In this document: piece by piece, positions 12,706 through 26,050 of the stretch
Layout of the letters: each line of letters begins with the position of its first letter
Numbering within the stretch: position 1 is the stretch's first letter
Program-made: the position numbers and the translations under genes
Notes under the pieces: model-generated
What the model saw: only the letters and a program-made list of their open reading frames with translations
Database searches by the model: none
What the model was told of the DNA's origin: nothing
Origin: Chara braunii
Lineage: Eukaryota; Plantae; Charophyceae
Length of the DNA stretch: 64,000 nucleotides
Assembly: GCA_003427395.1 (NCBI GenBank)
Contig: BFEA01000031.1
Span: forward strand, 2,243,049-2,307,048
Direction: 5' to 3'

Positions 12706-13383
12706 AATACAATGCGTTTGAGTGCAAGTGTGTGCGTATTTAGCGCGGTTTGAGTGCAGGTGTGGGCGCATTAGAGAAGAAGTGCACAGAGAGAGTACTA
12801 AGTGTGTATGCTCTGGCATTTCATTTTTACGTTTTCTTGTCTGGATGGGAGACACACATAACTGGTAATAAAAAGATTATGAGCTCGAATCCTGATGAAA
12901 CTGGATCTGGATCAGGAAAGGTAAGGGGGTCCACCCCCTGATAATATACTGTAACAATAATAAAGAGGGTTGATAACTTGATGTCGTCCTCCTGCAGAAA
13001 GAAGACCGAGTAGCATTCTGGAATCGAACTTTGTGGGCATACCTCTCTTTCCCTTTCTGAAAGCTCGCATCTCGGACGAGGATTTTCCTTGATGTATCTG
13101 TCCGCCTTTGGCGTCAGTGAGATGGGTGTATCTGATGACAATTACGTCTAGAGAGCAGCTGGTAGTGTGCGCATGCCGTCATTCCAACCCTACGCAGGCT
13201 TTAGGGCATTCTCGCACTTATGCACTTTTTAAATGCATCTGACTGCAATTAAGACTGCACCTGAATGCATCTGACCGCAATCACATCCATCACTGAGTCG
13301 AAAAGTCCTAGGGTGAGTGTGCGCTAAATCTGGCCTTTCTTTTTATCAAAGATTTCGCAAATCTCTGGCCATGTCACTGCAAC

Positions 13384-13499
13384 AGTGACACAGATGGGCC
13401 TCGCTGTAGTGAAAAGGCGAAGGAATAGTGCTCCATATGTGTAAGTGACACAGATGGGCCTCGCTGCAGTGAAAAGGCGAAGGAATAGTGCTCCATATG
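13384..13499. repeat. 60-bp tandem duplication
   Basis: agtgacacagatgggcctcgctg(t/c)agtgaaaaggcgaaggaatagtgctccatatg x2. Confidence 0.9.
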
Positions 13500-13656
13500 A
13501 GTTGAACACGCGCTGCGGCATGTGGCTGCATCTTTTGGGGGTCGGAGTACTGGAGTGAAATGGCTGATGGGCCAGCCAACATGAGGCCTGTGGTGGTTGC
13601 TTGTTGTTTTTTGGTGCACACGGCGATTTTCGGGTCGGCATCAATAGCTGGGAAAG

Positions 13657-13837
13657 GTACTGGTGGTTTAAACCACCAGTACTTGGCCCAGCTATCGGCT
13701 GCGGGGAAAAAATAGAGTAGAAATGTTTCTAGTCGGATGAATTTGGGCGCTCCTGTAGTAGCCCGTATGTTTCCTAAAATAGTGGCGCGTTAATGGGCAT
13801 GACTCGAGGAAGTACTGGTGGTTTAAACCACCAGTAC
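13657..13837. mobile_element. Cassette bounded by two perfect 26-bp palindromes GTACTGGTGGTTTAAACCACCAGTAC
   Basis: Palindromes at 13657-13682 and 13812-13837 with a 129-bp unique spacer. Half-sites of the motif recur about 20 times in the window. Confidence 0.75.
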
Positions 13838-14769
13838 ATCCAAGCCTAAATCTGATTTTGCCGAGTCTGACAGCGACGGGTATCACCTCTATGGAAAATT
13901 GAGGTGGTACTGGTACCACTTTCCGTTAAAGCCCCATGCTTGACCTCCTGTCAGCAGATGGAATGAAAGGAGGCCGTTGTTTTCACTCGTCTGCCAACCC
14001 AGCCAAACTCTCTACAAAGCCAGCCCCTGTATCTGCCCTAGTTGCAGCACCAGATGCAGGCAAAAGGAAAAAGGTAAAAGGAAAAGAGCTACAGGTCTGG
14101 CCCGCCACTTGTGAGGCAGATGAAATGGCTGGGGACATAACCTCCCTCACTGTTGCCAGAGGCTGCCTCTCACGGCTCCCACCGTCAGAGGCTAGGGACT
14201 TAAGCCCCCCTTGTGACGTCTGTTGCTAGAGGCTGCCTCTCTAGACTCACACAGTGATAGGCGGGAGGAAAAGTGCAAATAAAATTCCCCCACAAAGCTC
14301 TGGACGTGATTGCAGTCAGATTCGCCCAGGCCTGGCCATAATTACAGTCAGATGGGAGTAGGTCCAGACTTGGACGAAAGTGACGGCAATCAGGTCCAGA
14401 GATTTGTACGAAAAGTATTTCGTAGTTCTTTCCTCCTCCATTCGTGGTGGGGCCCGTGAGAGGTGGGATCCTGCCAAAACTGATGGGACAGTATGTTCCT
14501 ACGGTGCTTCTGCCCGCCGCTTACCTTTCGTTTTTTTCTCCATGTCTGCAGTGCATGTGTTTTCACATGCACAGAATGAACCAGCAGGAATACGTTCATT
14601 CCATTTTCCTTTTCGTTGGGCCCACCGTCGTCCTCCCCCGAGTCCCAATATTTTTGGAGTAGGTGATGAGCAAAATCTCCTTGAGGCTGGGGCCAGGTAC
14701 TAGTGGTTTAAGATACTTGGCTCTTGTGGCCAAGTGTGCCGGTTCAATTCCGTGCTTGTACGGAGGGGC

Positions 14770-15349
14770 CTGAGGCCCAGAGGTACCTGAGGCCCAGAGG
14801 TACCTGAGGCCCAGAGGTACGGATCAATAACCGCTACTGGGGAGGCTTCTCGGTGGATAACGCAACCTTAGTGTGACCCGTTGACCTATAAACCCCGTAG
14901 GACCTGAAATGGTCATTGCCGACGAAATGGACAACAATTGAAACTGGATGCAACGCCTGCCTATGCTGCGATGCTCAGTAGACGCCCAGAGGCCCAGAGG
15001 TACGGATCAATAACCACTACCGGGGAGGCTTCTCAGTGGATAATGCAACCTTAGTGTGACCCGCTGACCTATAAACCCCGTAGGACATGAAATGGTCATT
15101 GTCGACGAAATGGACAGCAATTGAAACCGGATGCAAGGCCTGCCTATGCTGCGATGCTCAGTAGATGCCCAGAGGCCCAGAGGTACGGATCAATAACCGT
15201 TACCGGGGAGGCTTCTCAGTGGATAACGCAACCTTAGTGTGACCCTTTGACCTATAAACCCCGTAGGATGTGAAATGGTCCTTGCCCACGAAATGGACAA
15301 CAATTGAAACCGGATGCGAGTCCTGCCTATGCTGCAATGCTCAGTAGAC
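14770..15349. repeat. Tandem array: 3 x 17 bp followed by 3 x 183 bp
   Basis: ctgaggcccagaggtac at 14770/14787/14804; ggatcaataacc at 14821/15004/15187. The array resumes at 15619-15664. Confidence 0.92.
14838..14870 (+). pseudogene. cob: Mitochondrial cytochrome b micro-fragment (NUMT), repeated at 15021-15053 and 15204-15236
   Basis: Translates WGGFSVDNATL, the conserved cob motif LWGGFSVDNATLNRFF. Confidence 0.7.
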
Positions 15350-15441
15350 TCCTGCACCTTTAAAAGAGAGCTGACGACTCTCTGAATTCGAGCGGAAAGG
15401 TACAGGGAAGAAATGGCTATGACGAAATTGGTTTACGCAGT

Positions 15442-15603
15442 TGGTTGCCCATTATGAATATGGCGGCTATTCTTTATTGGATTCCGGGCTCGATTTGGTT
15501 CAGTATAATGGCCGAAGGCTTTCTGTTTTTATATATTTGGGTTCTTGCAGCATTTCCACGATATTGATATGATCAATTAACGAGACTTGGCTGGAAAGTC
15601 TTC
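15442..15603 (+). pseudogene. nad1: Mitochondrial nad1 C-terminal fragment (NUMT)
   Basis: [44 protein letters not shown] at 15565-15567 replaces the conserved Arg (CGA>TGA). Confidence 0.92.
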
Positions 15604-16237
15604 TATGGATCAAAGGGTCTGAGGTCCAGAGGTACCTGAGGCCCAGCGGTACGGATCAATAACCTCAGCTAAATGATGGAAAGGTACACCTACCACGTTT
15701 TTGTTTTTTTTCACATCTGGTGACTTGTGGTAGAGGCCCAGTATGGCTTGAGCTGAGCTTCTCTGTCCTCTCGAAATAGGCCTCCAGCTGGTCCCACCAT
15801 GGCTACTGTCATCTTCCGAATATAGCTGCATCTGGTGCAATTCTCAGTCTAGATACAAACTTTGTCTTCTACTCGGGTCAGGAAGGGAGTCAAAGTTTGC
15901 CACTGTCTTCCTGCAAATAGAACACATAATCACTGTAGCTAGCTGCATTTGGGGCACTTTTAGTCTAGATACAGTAATGATGACAGTGCGCTCTCTTTGG
16001 GGGAAGGTGTTACATCTCTGGACGGGCATGGCTTGATGGGGTCTAGGGGCAAGGTCCCACTTACCCAGGTTGCACCCTTCTGAACGTAGCTAATGAAGGC
16101 CCACCCTCTGTACGGGCTTAAACCACCAGTAGGTTCCCCAGCCAAAGAATGAAATATGTGGCTTGCATGCAGCTGCAACTTTCGGGGCTTGGCCTCCAGA
16201 GCAAAATGGCTGGTGGCGTCAGTGCCTCTGTCCGAGC

Positions 16238-16436
16238 TTAAACCACCAGTAGGGTCCCCAGCCAAAGAATGAAAAATGTGGCTTGCATGCAGCTGCAACT
16301 TTCGGGGCTTGGGCTCCAGAGCAAAATGGCTGGTGGCGTCAGCCAAAAGGAGGCCTGCGCCGGTGCATTTTTTTGGGCGTGCAGGACATGTCCAGCCCCG
16401 GGGAAAAGTGCCTCGGAAGTGCTACTGGTGGTTTAA
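16238..16436. mobile_element. TTAA-ACCACCAGTA-bounded cassette, with a 120-bp duplication of its left part at 16118
   Basis: TTAAACCACCAGTAG ... CTACTGGTGGTTTAA. Confidence 0.65.
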
Positions 16437-18473
16437 GCGACCGGTTGGCACGAAGCAAAACGTACAAAGCTACCTTCTGAGGAAGCAGACCCTCAAATGA
16501 ATTGGCGAAGATTTTGGGAAATGTGAAAGTGTTACTGGCACCGCTTCTCAGTCGGGGTATGTGGGGGCATATAGGGTTGAACCCGGTTCAGAGGGAGGCC
16601 TGCATGCCACTGCACTGTTGTTCCCTTTTCTTTTAATGTTTGAAACATGTGAAAGTGTGACAGGCATTGCTTCACAGTCGGGGTGTGTGGGGCCATGTAG
16701 GCCTGCACCTGGTTCAACGGATTCAACGGAAGCATGTAGGCCCGCTTTTTGCTTGTTTATTTTTATTTTTATTTTAAATGACTTCGTTGACTTCATTTGG
16801 TTATGATGTGCTCAATTTTCTTGTTTCCACATCATACGGATTCCCCTGGAGGCTGGGAAAGCGGCCAACGTCTGAAAAAGCAACCACGGTGGATGCACGG
16901 TGCATGATTGGCATGACACGTGCGTGCATGATCCGTGGTCAGACCTTCAATGCTTGTTCGTAATAGATGCATGTCGGGGCAACTTTCAGACTAGACACAG
17001 CAGTAATGACATTGCCCGAAGATTCGGTAGATTATCGCTACTGCCTTTGTTAACAGGCGCACTTTTGATAGAATCTTTGTCTTCTCCATATGCATCTTTA
17101 CATCTAGTTTCTTGTCCGTTTGCACAAACGTCCCCATTAGGAGGGATGTGAAAAATTGAGCCCCGAGTGGGCCATTTCGTGAAAACTGAAACAGCGGTGT
17201 ACGGGATCAGCCTGGAAGCAGAAGTGTCTTGCTGCTGCTCCTTGCAAGGCCACAGTCTCATAGGGGGCCTACATAGATTATCTGAATAATCAAATGTCCA
17301 ACAACTGAAGGGACTGTCATATGTGCCTGGTATCTAGCATCTGCAACAACCTGGACTTTTTAAGGGTGGGAAAATAAAACAGACCCCACTTTTGGGGATG
17401 GTGAACTGGCGGTTAAAAAAAAAAATTGCTAGTGGATTTCTTCTTTGAACGTCTTTTGTTTTTTTTTCTTTTTTCTGTTTTTTCTTTCCAATTCGGTTGG
17501 GATCAACACCTGGTGCGACCTGGTGTTAGTCCCTTATTACAGTAGAGACAATCTGTGACGTGTATTGAAAACGGGGTGCATTGACCGTGGCACCATGCAC
17601 CGCCGTACTAACCTTGCCTTCTCTCATCTACCATAAAAGGCTGCGAGCTAGCATCTTCCACCGGGCACAATACAGCCCATTTATAATGAACGTGCACAAG
17701 CGAATAATGTTCCGTTCACAAGTCTTCCCTGCCTGTTCACCCGCGAGTGAGGGCTTCAGATTTGTAATTGAGACGGGCACTAATTGCCTCCCCACCTTTG
17801 TTAGCCCATCTCCCTGTTCCGATGGTCCTCTGCTACTTGGAGCTTTATGGTCACCAGGCAAAAAAGCATCTTTTGCGCCTAGCCTGCCTTCAGACATTCT
17901 ACCTCAGCCAATGCACATGAAATAGCGAAGGGATCTGAGAAGTCCAGTGTCCAGTTGAACTACAAATCTCAACAGATCACCCTCATTTATAAGAAAACCG
18001 AAGGGTCATTTTAACCATACTTTACACCAATCTGTAGAGTGCACTTCTTACTAACATATTGTAAAAAAAAAAACGAAAACAAAAAATAAAAAACATATAA
18101 AACAGCAAGCCAAAAGTGCACTTTCATGAAATTTTACCAACATTTCAAATTGTCGAGTTTCACAATTTTCACCACTGCCCAAAACAACCATCTCCAGGAA
18201 CCCAACAAACACCACACTTGGCACATACAGACCTTGACCAAAAACAAAACAGGCCAAAAAAAAAAAACCTAAAAAACAAAAAAACATGATCCCCACTACA
18301 CTTTTCAGGGTGGTGAAGGTTACCCTAGGGGTGAAAAGTGAGGGTACCTGTTAACCATTTGTGTTGGCAGCCCTCACACACTGTTATTTCCAGAGTAGGG
18401 TTGCCCTCACCATCACGCATTTCCATGAAGGACCCGCGGTACTCTCGCTGCGATTCCAAGTAATATTCACTCC

Positions 18474-18630
18474 TTAAAGCACCCAGTACATGGCCCCAGT
18501 CAAGTTGAGAACCCGATTGAGCCTCTTCTAAAGTTTCAGAGGCTCTGACGCTGTGGATGAAGAAATCGGTGGCGGGCAGCCTCCGGAAGGGCCCTCCGGC
18601 CGGTAGCTGGCATGTACTGGTGATTTTTAA
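18474..18630. mobile_element. TTAA-bounded cassette of the same end family
   Basis: TTAAAGCACCCAGTACATG ... CATGTACTGGTGATTTTTAA, abutting further half-sites (~40-bp duplication to 18690). Confidence 0.55.
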
Positions 18631-21160
18631 ACCACCAGTACCTGCCTAATGCGGTACTGGTGATTTTTAAACCACCAGTACCTGCCTAATGAGGTCGATG
18701 AATCGGTGCGCCACGCGGGTCTGTATTCATTCACGTTAGAGGGGGCCTGAGACCCCCTGAGGTATTGGTGTGTTTAACAAGGTCTGTTTTCCGATCCCAG
18801 CAGGATTTAAACTCAGGTGGGTGGTCAGTTCGACGACGGTACCCCAAGGCCATCGCCCTTGAAAAAATAAATAAAAAGGGAATTCCACAACCTCTGTAAA
18901 AGTTTCTTTGTGTGTTCTGTAGCCATTGTTTCCTCAAAGCTTTTGTTTTGCCTGTTCCAATTGCTCAAGTGAACCACAAGTACCCTGTCCAGCTATCTGT
19001 GGTGCTGCACCAGTGAACATGGGGCTGTAGTTAGGTTAGGCCTACTAGAGGTGGGTTGCTGCGGGGAGGGGGTGAGTGCGCACACTTGGCGATCTTTTGT
19101 TTTCACCTCCTCCAACAAAAAAAATAATTGAATTTGTTTTTGTGGATTTAGGGTACATGCTGCTGTATAAGGGAAAACAATTAGAAAAAGGGAAAAATGC
19201 TTCACCCATCAAAAAAAAAGAATCAGGCGCAAATGCGACGGAGACATGGGTACCCATAACAATTTGGTAGGCCACACGTGGGCTAGATTGAGCACCCTGA
19301 GAATGAGGATTGGATGTGCTGTTGGTTTAAACCAGCAGTGACCCCAATCTGTTGAAGCGGAGGGTGCTCCTCCACCCTGGAGTTTCCAAGCCTCAATGAG
19401 GGCGCTTGTCTGGGGGTGGGGAAGATTAGGCATCGGAAAATGACGCTGGCACGTACGGATGATTTAATTCAGCAGTGAATGCAGGCTCTTTTGTTGAAAC
19501 CGAGGCCGCCACCTGACACTGGACTTTCCAAGCCTCGACAGTGGGGGCTGCGTTTAGCTCTCGCTGCAGCGGGTCACATGCCCGGGTGCAGATCTCCACG
19601 ACGTGTGCAGCCGCCACTGCAATTTCTTTTCACTGTGCTATTAGGCCGTCTACCGGTGCAGTCCACAACCTCTATAGCAATCTGTCCCCGGATCATTGTA
19701 GAGGCCACAGGGTGTTTAAGTTGTCTCAAAGCAGTCTTTTCATCCTGCGCGTTTTTCTTATGTTCTGCCATGTCCTCCAGATTGCCCAGTTCAGCTGCGA
19801 TCTCAGAGATGGTAGTTTATTTCTGATGGGATAGCGCCCTCCCCCTCATCCCCAACCTCAACCCAGGCCCTTGCTGCTGGGGGCAGTGGCTGAGGAGGGT
19901 GCTCTTCAGGTCTCGAAGGCTGGCTGATGGATGATATATGTGCAATGACTTGCTGATTTCTGCTGTCGAGTTTGTCTGCGAGGCTGTACACTAACCGTAG
20001 GGTTAGATTCACAATTTTTATTTGGCTGAGGGCTAACCGAGTGACTTGCCTGTAGGGAAATTTGCGAGGGACAGACCTGTAATTCTGAGGGACTACAGGC
20101 CCTAAACTAACCGAATTCCTACTACTACCCTAACTGCCTATAGCAGGCCCGGGCTACCCCTAGGACAGACAGGCCCTAAGTGGCCTAGACTGGTATACGG
20201 TCCTATAGCCTATAGCCGGGTCCGGTAGAGCGAGAGGCCGAAACAGCAGCGGTACCGGTAGGTCCAGTCAGTCCGGTTTAGGTCTAGGCTAGAGTGTAGA
20301 GTCTATAAGTCCTGGAGGAAAATCGGTTGGGGATTTTTGGCTTTTCATTTTCGCGTGCAGCGTTCGTGGCCAACCAAGTTGTGCAGCGCTGAATGCCTAC
20401 AGCGGCACCTGAGACATCAGCGCAGTGGAGCAGCCATAGCCAGCCTTCTGAGACAGCCATAGCTGGGGCTGTACTCAGCGCATCTATCCCCTGGGGATAT
20501 CTGCGCTGGCAGGACTATATCGGAGGTCTTCACTGAGTACATGTGGGTACTAGTGCTGCGGTAGCAGCCAGGCAGTCATAGCTGTCTTCTTCATCGTCAG
20601 AGTGACTCATCGGCACTGGAGGCTACTTCGCTATGCATGATCTGCATCTGGGTGTATGGCGCTGGCCTCTGGGAGGCTATTTCTGTGCAGCGCTAGACTC
20701 TGAGAGTGTGGTAGTGAGTGGAGTGTGTGGTTCCTGAGTGGCGAGATACTGGGTTGAACTCTGTTACGATAATTGAGGTTAACTGTGTTGAGTTGGCTCA
20801 TCATCTGGGTTACTTTCCAATTGTGATCTTCGCAGTGTCAATTGTGATTGGTTGTTGGGAGCGTGTGAGGGAGAGAGAAACACTGACTTCTGTGCATAAT
20901 TGCTATTCCGCTGTTTATCTCTGATCTGTGTGCAGTTGGACCCTGTCTCCTTCTCCCCTTTGTCTCATGCATGTATGGGCGTGTGTGAGTTCTTCTGAGT
21001 GAGAGTGGCAATCAAATTGTCAGACAACCAAGTTCATAACATATGACGATATATACTATATAGTCAAATATATAAATAAATGTATATTTTTAAGGGAAGA
21101 GACCCGCGTGGAAGTGCTGGGGGTGCTGATAAGAGCAGACACCACTAGCATTCCTCAAGG

Positions 21161-21213
21161 GCTCCATCTATTGGTGGGGAGCAGCACCTGCTGGAAATCG
21201 GGTCCGGCGTCCC
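21161..21213 (+). repeat. Dispersed ~53-bp two-hairpin repeat (also 25121-25173, 28544-28596, 34810-34863, partial 51635-51678)
   Basis: GCTCCATCTATTGGTGGGGAGC..GCTGGGAACCGGGCCCAGCGTCCC consensus, all five copies on the + strand. Confidence 0.85.
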
Positions 21214-22544
21214 CAATGTTACAGATGAATGTTTGTACAGACGTAGGCTGCAGGTCTTTTCTATAGTACAATATGCCCGAAAGCAGACCTATTCTGCAAA
21301 TTCGGGTCCAGCGTCCCCAATGCTACAGATCAATATTTGCACAAACGTTTTAAGGCAATGGCCCATTCTGTTTGTGGTAGAGTGTAGTGTGTTCATCTTT
21401 GGCCTCTCTCTCAACTTGGGAGATCCGGTAGAACAGCCTCCTTAGTTTTGGAGGGAAAGAAAAGAAAAGAAGACTTGTACCTGATAAATAACCGATTTAT
21501 AAGTTCAGTGATTAGCGCCGGCAAAAAGATACAATCCTGCTTCTGCGCAGGTTCAACAAAACTTCGTGTGTGTAAGAAATCTTCATCGAAGAGAAGAGGC
21601 TCAGACGTTGAGCCTCGCCACACTACTCCCGAAAGTGGTGTTTTTGGGAGTGCGACGTTGCCACACCAGCTCCCGAATTTGATCTGTCAGGTCGAATTTG
21701 GGAGTTGTCAGAATAGGGATCCCGAGAGCACTCCCAAACTCACCGCCTGCAAAGCTGCCTTTTCGAGAGACCTCCTTTGCTCCTCCCAGTTTCGTCCCAG
21801 ATTCGGGACTGGAGCTGGAAGGGACTGCTTCACACCGATCGTGTCCACATGTGGCAACTGACATTTTCAGACTTGGAGCACGGCCCGGTCGAGAGTGTAG
21901 TGTGGCGAAAGGCACTCTTGAGCGGGTTTTCACTTTCTGGAGCACTCCCAAAAATTTTCCAAACTCGGGAAAGGCGTGGTCGAGAGTGTAGTGTGGCGAT
22001 AGGCACTCTTGAGTGGGTTTTCACTTTCGGGAGCACTCCCAAAAAAAATTCTCAAACTCGGCAGTGGTGTGGCGAGGCCCGTTCTGGTGGTTTAAGGTTG
22101 GTGACCTTGAGGCATCATTATTGAGGTGACAGGTGCCATGTAGGAAATCAGACTTAATTTATTCATCTGATTCCAACAGTACTTGAACTCAGGTGTGAGG
22201 TGTGCTTATCAACAGTTATATGGGTGTTACCATTCAGTCACATTGGCTGGGTTGGGTATTCCCCCCCTGTTTTTTTTTTTTGCCTTTAAAGTTTAAATTT
22301 TAAAAGCAGCAGTTCAACGGAGGTTATTTGATGAAGCTGAAAAGGACTGTTCACGAGCCTTTTCTCAACCGGTATTGCTATTTGGAAAATCTTTGGCGGT
22401 ACTGGTCCCTGGGCAGGCAGGCAAAGACATTGAATGGGTGGTGGCCTGTCTGCCGTTTCTTTTCCTTTGATTTGTGGGGCTTTTTTCTTTTTTCAGTCGT
22501 CTTTTTCTGGTCCAGCTATTTTTGCGTTGCGATGCCTCCCATCC

Positions 22545-22676
22545 CGTGAACATGCCGTGTGTGATACAGCAGCCTTCAAGACGCGCCTTCGGCCCTCGCG
22601 TTCGTCGGCTCGCCAGAGTCATTTTAGAAGGATTCACTATGTTCGCTATGCGGACGACTTCCTGATTGGAGTCAAA
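22545..22676 (+). pseudogene. Group II intron reverse transcriptase/maturase fragment, probably organellar (NUMT)
   Basis: ..RQSHFRRIHYVRYADDFLIGVK; YADD at 22647-22658. Isolated fragment with no flanking RT domains. Confidence 0.85.
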
Positions 22677-23698
22677 CAACCTCCCCTCCCTTCTCCCTCC
22701 CCTTCCAACGTTGTCTTCGTGAATGGGGCACATGTGTGATCGACATCTTCACCTGCCAGCTTTAACCTCTGGCTAATAAAAAATCNNNNNNNNNNNNNNN
22801 NNNNNNNNNNNNNNNNNNNNNNNNNNNNNNNNNNNNNNNNNNNNNNNNNNNNNNNNNNNNNNNNNNNNNNNNNNNNNNNNNNNNNNNNNNNNNNNNNNNN
22901 NNNNNNNNNNNNNNNNNNNNNNNNNNNNNNNNNNNNNNNNNNNNNNNNNNNNNNNNNNNNNNNNNNNNNNNNNNNNNNNNNNNNNNNNNNNNNNNNNNNN
23001 NNNNNNNNNNNNNNNNNNNNNNNNNNNNNNNNNNNNNNNNNNNNNNNNNNNNNNNNNNNNNNNNNNNNNNNNNNNNNNNNNNNNNNNNNNNNNNNNNNNN
23101 NNNNNNNNNNNNNNNNNNNNNNNNNNNNNNNNNNNNNNNNNNNNNNNNNNNNNNNNNNNNNNNNNNNNNNNNNNNNNNNNNNNNNNNNNNNNNNNNNNNN
23201 NNNNNNNNNNNNNNNNNNNNNNNNNNNNNNNNNNNNNNNNNNNNNNNNNNNNNNNNNNNNNNNNNNNNNNNNNNNNNNNNNNNNNNNNNNNNNNNNNNNN
23301 NNNNNNNNNNNNNNNNNNNNNNNNNNNNNNNNNNNNNNNNNNNNNNNNNNNNNNNNNNNNNNNNNNNNNNNNNNNNNNNNNNNNNNNNNNNNNNNNNNNN
23401 NNNNNNNNNNNNNNNNNNNNNNNNNNNNNNNNNNNNNNNNNNNNNNNNNNNNNNNNNNNNNNNNNNNNNNNNNNNNNNNNNNNNNNNNNNNNNNNNNNNN
23501 NNNNNNNNNNNNNNNNNNNNNNNNNNNNNNNNNNNNNNNNNNNNNNNNNNNNNNNNNNNNNNNNNNNNNNNNNNNNNNNNNNNNNNNNNNNNNNNNNNNN
23601 NNNNNNNNNNNNNNNNNNNNNNNNNNNNNNNNNNNNNNNNNNNNNNNNNNNNNNNNNNNNNNNNNNNNNNNNNNNNNNNNNNNNNNNNNNNNNNNNNN

Positions 23699-23747
<49 letters not shown>

Positions 23748-25060
23748 GTGAAGACCCCAGCCCAACAAGAACAGAGTCTCGCTTGCTCCCTCCCAGTTCT
23801 CACGGATGAATGAGTGTGTGTGCGTGCATGGGGTCTTTTCTTTTGTCCTTTTGTTTTTCTGTTTTGTTTTTTAGAGACGTTTCGCAAGTGTGGTAATTTG
23901 TCCGTTTTTTGTGCTGTTCACGGACAATGGGCCTCTCCACTACTCGACATCTACATGCTTTTGTATGCTTTTCTGGAGCACGTGCATTCGGAGGAGTCCA
24001 ACATTTTTAATGTATTTGGATGTTTCTGACCCACAGATACATAATAGAGTGTTGTATAGCGGGGTGAGGGCCATAGACTGGATCTAGCGTGCACGATTTG
24101 AACGCCGCTCAAAAAAGGAAAGTGGGCCCCTTCACTTCGTTTTGAAGGACTGCTGCCAGGCCTGCCCCAAAAACTTTCTTTCTGCGTATGCCAGTGATTC
24201 GTCTGCTTTGGCTGAGGCTTGCATTGGTGGTTTAAGAAAAGGCAAGAAACTGAAAAGCAAAACAAAATTATGCAGGAGACAAAAACAGTCTGGTCATAAT
24301 GTACCTCACCCTGTGGAGCATGCAGTTGCTCCTTCTCTACCTGACTCCTCAGTTCGTACAGATGTTCTGACGTGGCTATGCTCGTTTCTTTTCAACCTAA
24401 CTAAGTGGGCTGCAGTTGCTAGATCTGCACCTGACCCTGACAGTTCCTGCCAACGTTGTGACGTGGCCCTTTTTCTCTTACCAACCTAAGTGGCCCTAGG
24501 TTTTACCTTAATCATAAGGAGAGAGGTCTGAGTCTGCTACTAACGTAAGGGGGGGCTAGCGTTGACCCTCACCTAGCAAAGAAAGGGGTCTGAGCAGGAG
24601 ATTTCGGGCCCTCAATAGGGGGCCCTAGCGTTGACCCTCTCCTAGCAAAGAAAGGGGTCTAAGCAGGAGATTTTGGGCCCTCAGTACTAACAGCTAGGTG
24701 AGTCAGGGAAGAAAAAAGAAGAAAACAGAAAGCAGTGGGAATGGCCAGCTCAGGGTAGTGAGGGTCCTGACGGACAAAAATTGCCCAGTTGTAGTGCAGC
24801 TTATGCTCTGCAGTATTCAGCTTCATGGCCTCGAGCTGACCACTTTGTTCCGGGGCAAATGTGAAGGGCCATCTTTGTTTTTCACCACCTCCTCTTGTTC
24901 CCCCCCCACCACACACGAAACAAAAGAAACGAAACGAGATGAAAAAGGGGGAAAAAAAAGGGCCTTACTGGGACCCACTATCTTTGTCAAAGGGAAGGAA
25001 TGTGGCATGCACTTTGTAAGTAATGTGGCATGCACTTTGTATGCACTGTTGCTCTTTTGG

Positions 25061-25110
<50 letters not shown>

Positions 25111-25989
25111 AAGAGACAATGCTCCAATCTATTCGTGGGGAGCAACAAGGCTGGGAACCGAGCCCAGCGTCCCTTATCAGAAGAAAAAAAAAAAAGAGCT
25201 ACCGGGGCCATTACCCGGGCCTTGGCTAAGAACAATTGAAGAAAAAGGGAAAACTCAGAAACATTCATGGACCACTACTCTCTACCAAGTCACTAGAATA
25301 TGTGTGTGAAAAGGCCTCCCCACCACGAATCAGATCCACCTACGACCACAACCAGCATGGCTGTTTTCAGCACGAACTGAAGCTTTTCCAGGCCTCATGC
25401 TCCCATCAGGTTAGGTTACAGAGTTGCACCACCTTGCTCCAGCACTGGGCAGCATTACTCCAGTTACGACCCCCGACCGATGGCTATGTGTTGATACAGC
25501 CATGTCGCTTTTTGCTACTTGTCCGCTTTTTGCTACCTGTCACTTTGTGTGAGACACACCCAGACTGGTTCAGTTTTGTTGGACTCAGCATCGGTGATAC
25601 TGGAAATTTTCCAAGTGAAAGACACACAGAAAAGTGATTGGAATCATGTAAAGACTGACATGTGAATTAATATGAGTGGGGCTCAGGACGAAGAGAAGAA
25701 TGGAAGGCATGATGGACGGACAATGGAGTCATGATGCAATAATGATGCAGTCCCACAGGTTTTTACGATGAATAAATGAACAATGATACGATTTCAGATT
25801 CGTTCTCCTTGACTTGCGGTCACATTCCGTTGTTTCATCTAAGACCTTCAGTTCTAAACCATACTCCATATGCGTTGTGCATCCTTCTTGTGTGGTGCAC
25901 GCTGCAGTGTGCAACGCCCCTGTGCATGCACGGGGCGGTCCAGTCGTGTGTGGGGGGTGCAACTGCGCTGTGCGCGAACAATGTGTTTG

Positions 25990-26050
<61 letters not shown>

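Noticed and set aside
13657-13837. CRISPR-like repeat-spacer-repeat
   Set aside because: Only two full repeats, a 129-bp spacer, eukaryotic context and no cas genes; better explained as abutting element ends.
14903-14933. Hammerhead-like CTGAAATGGTC..GACGAAA in the 183-bp unit
   Set aside because: The core is not CUGANGA, stem I is absent, and the motif is not conserved across the three copies.
15700-20010. Protein-like minus-strand scraps (PWWDQLEAYF; 16986-17261; 17628-17897; 19574-20012)
   Set aside because: No recognisable domain or consistent splice model; possibly decayed transposon accessory genes.
21411-21623. Minus-strand ORF LLFDEDFLHTRSF.. as a further NUMT
   Set aside because: Could not be assigned to any organellar protein from memory.
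22646-23887. Long ORFs spanning N gaps (also 7596-8579, 34891-36086)
   Set aside because: Open only because Ns translate as X.
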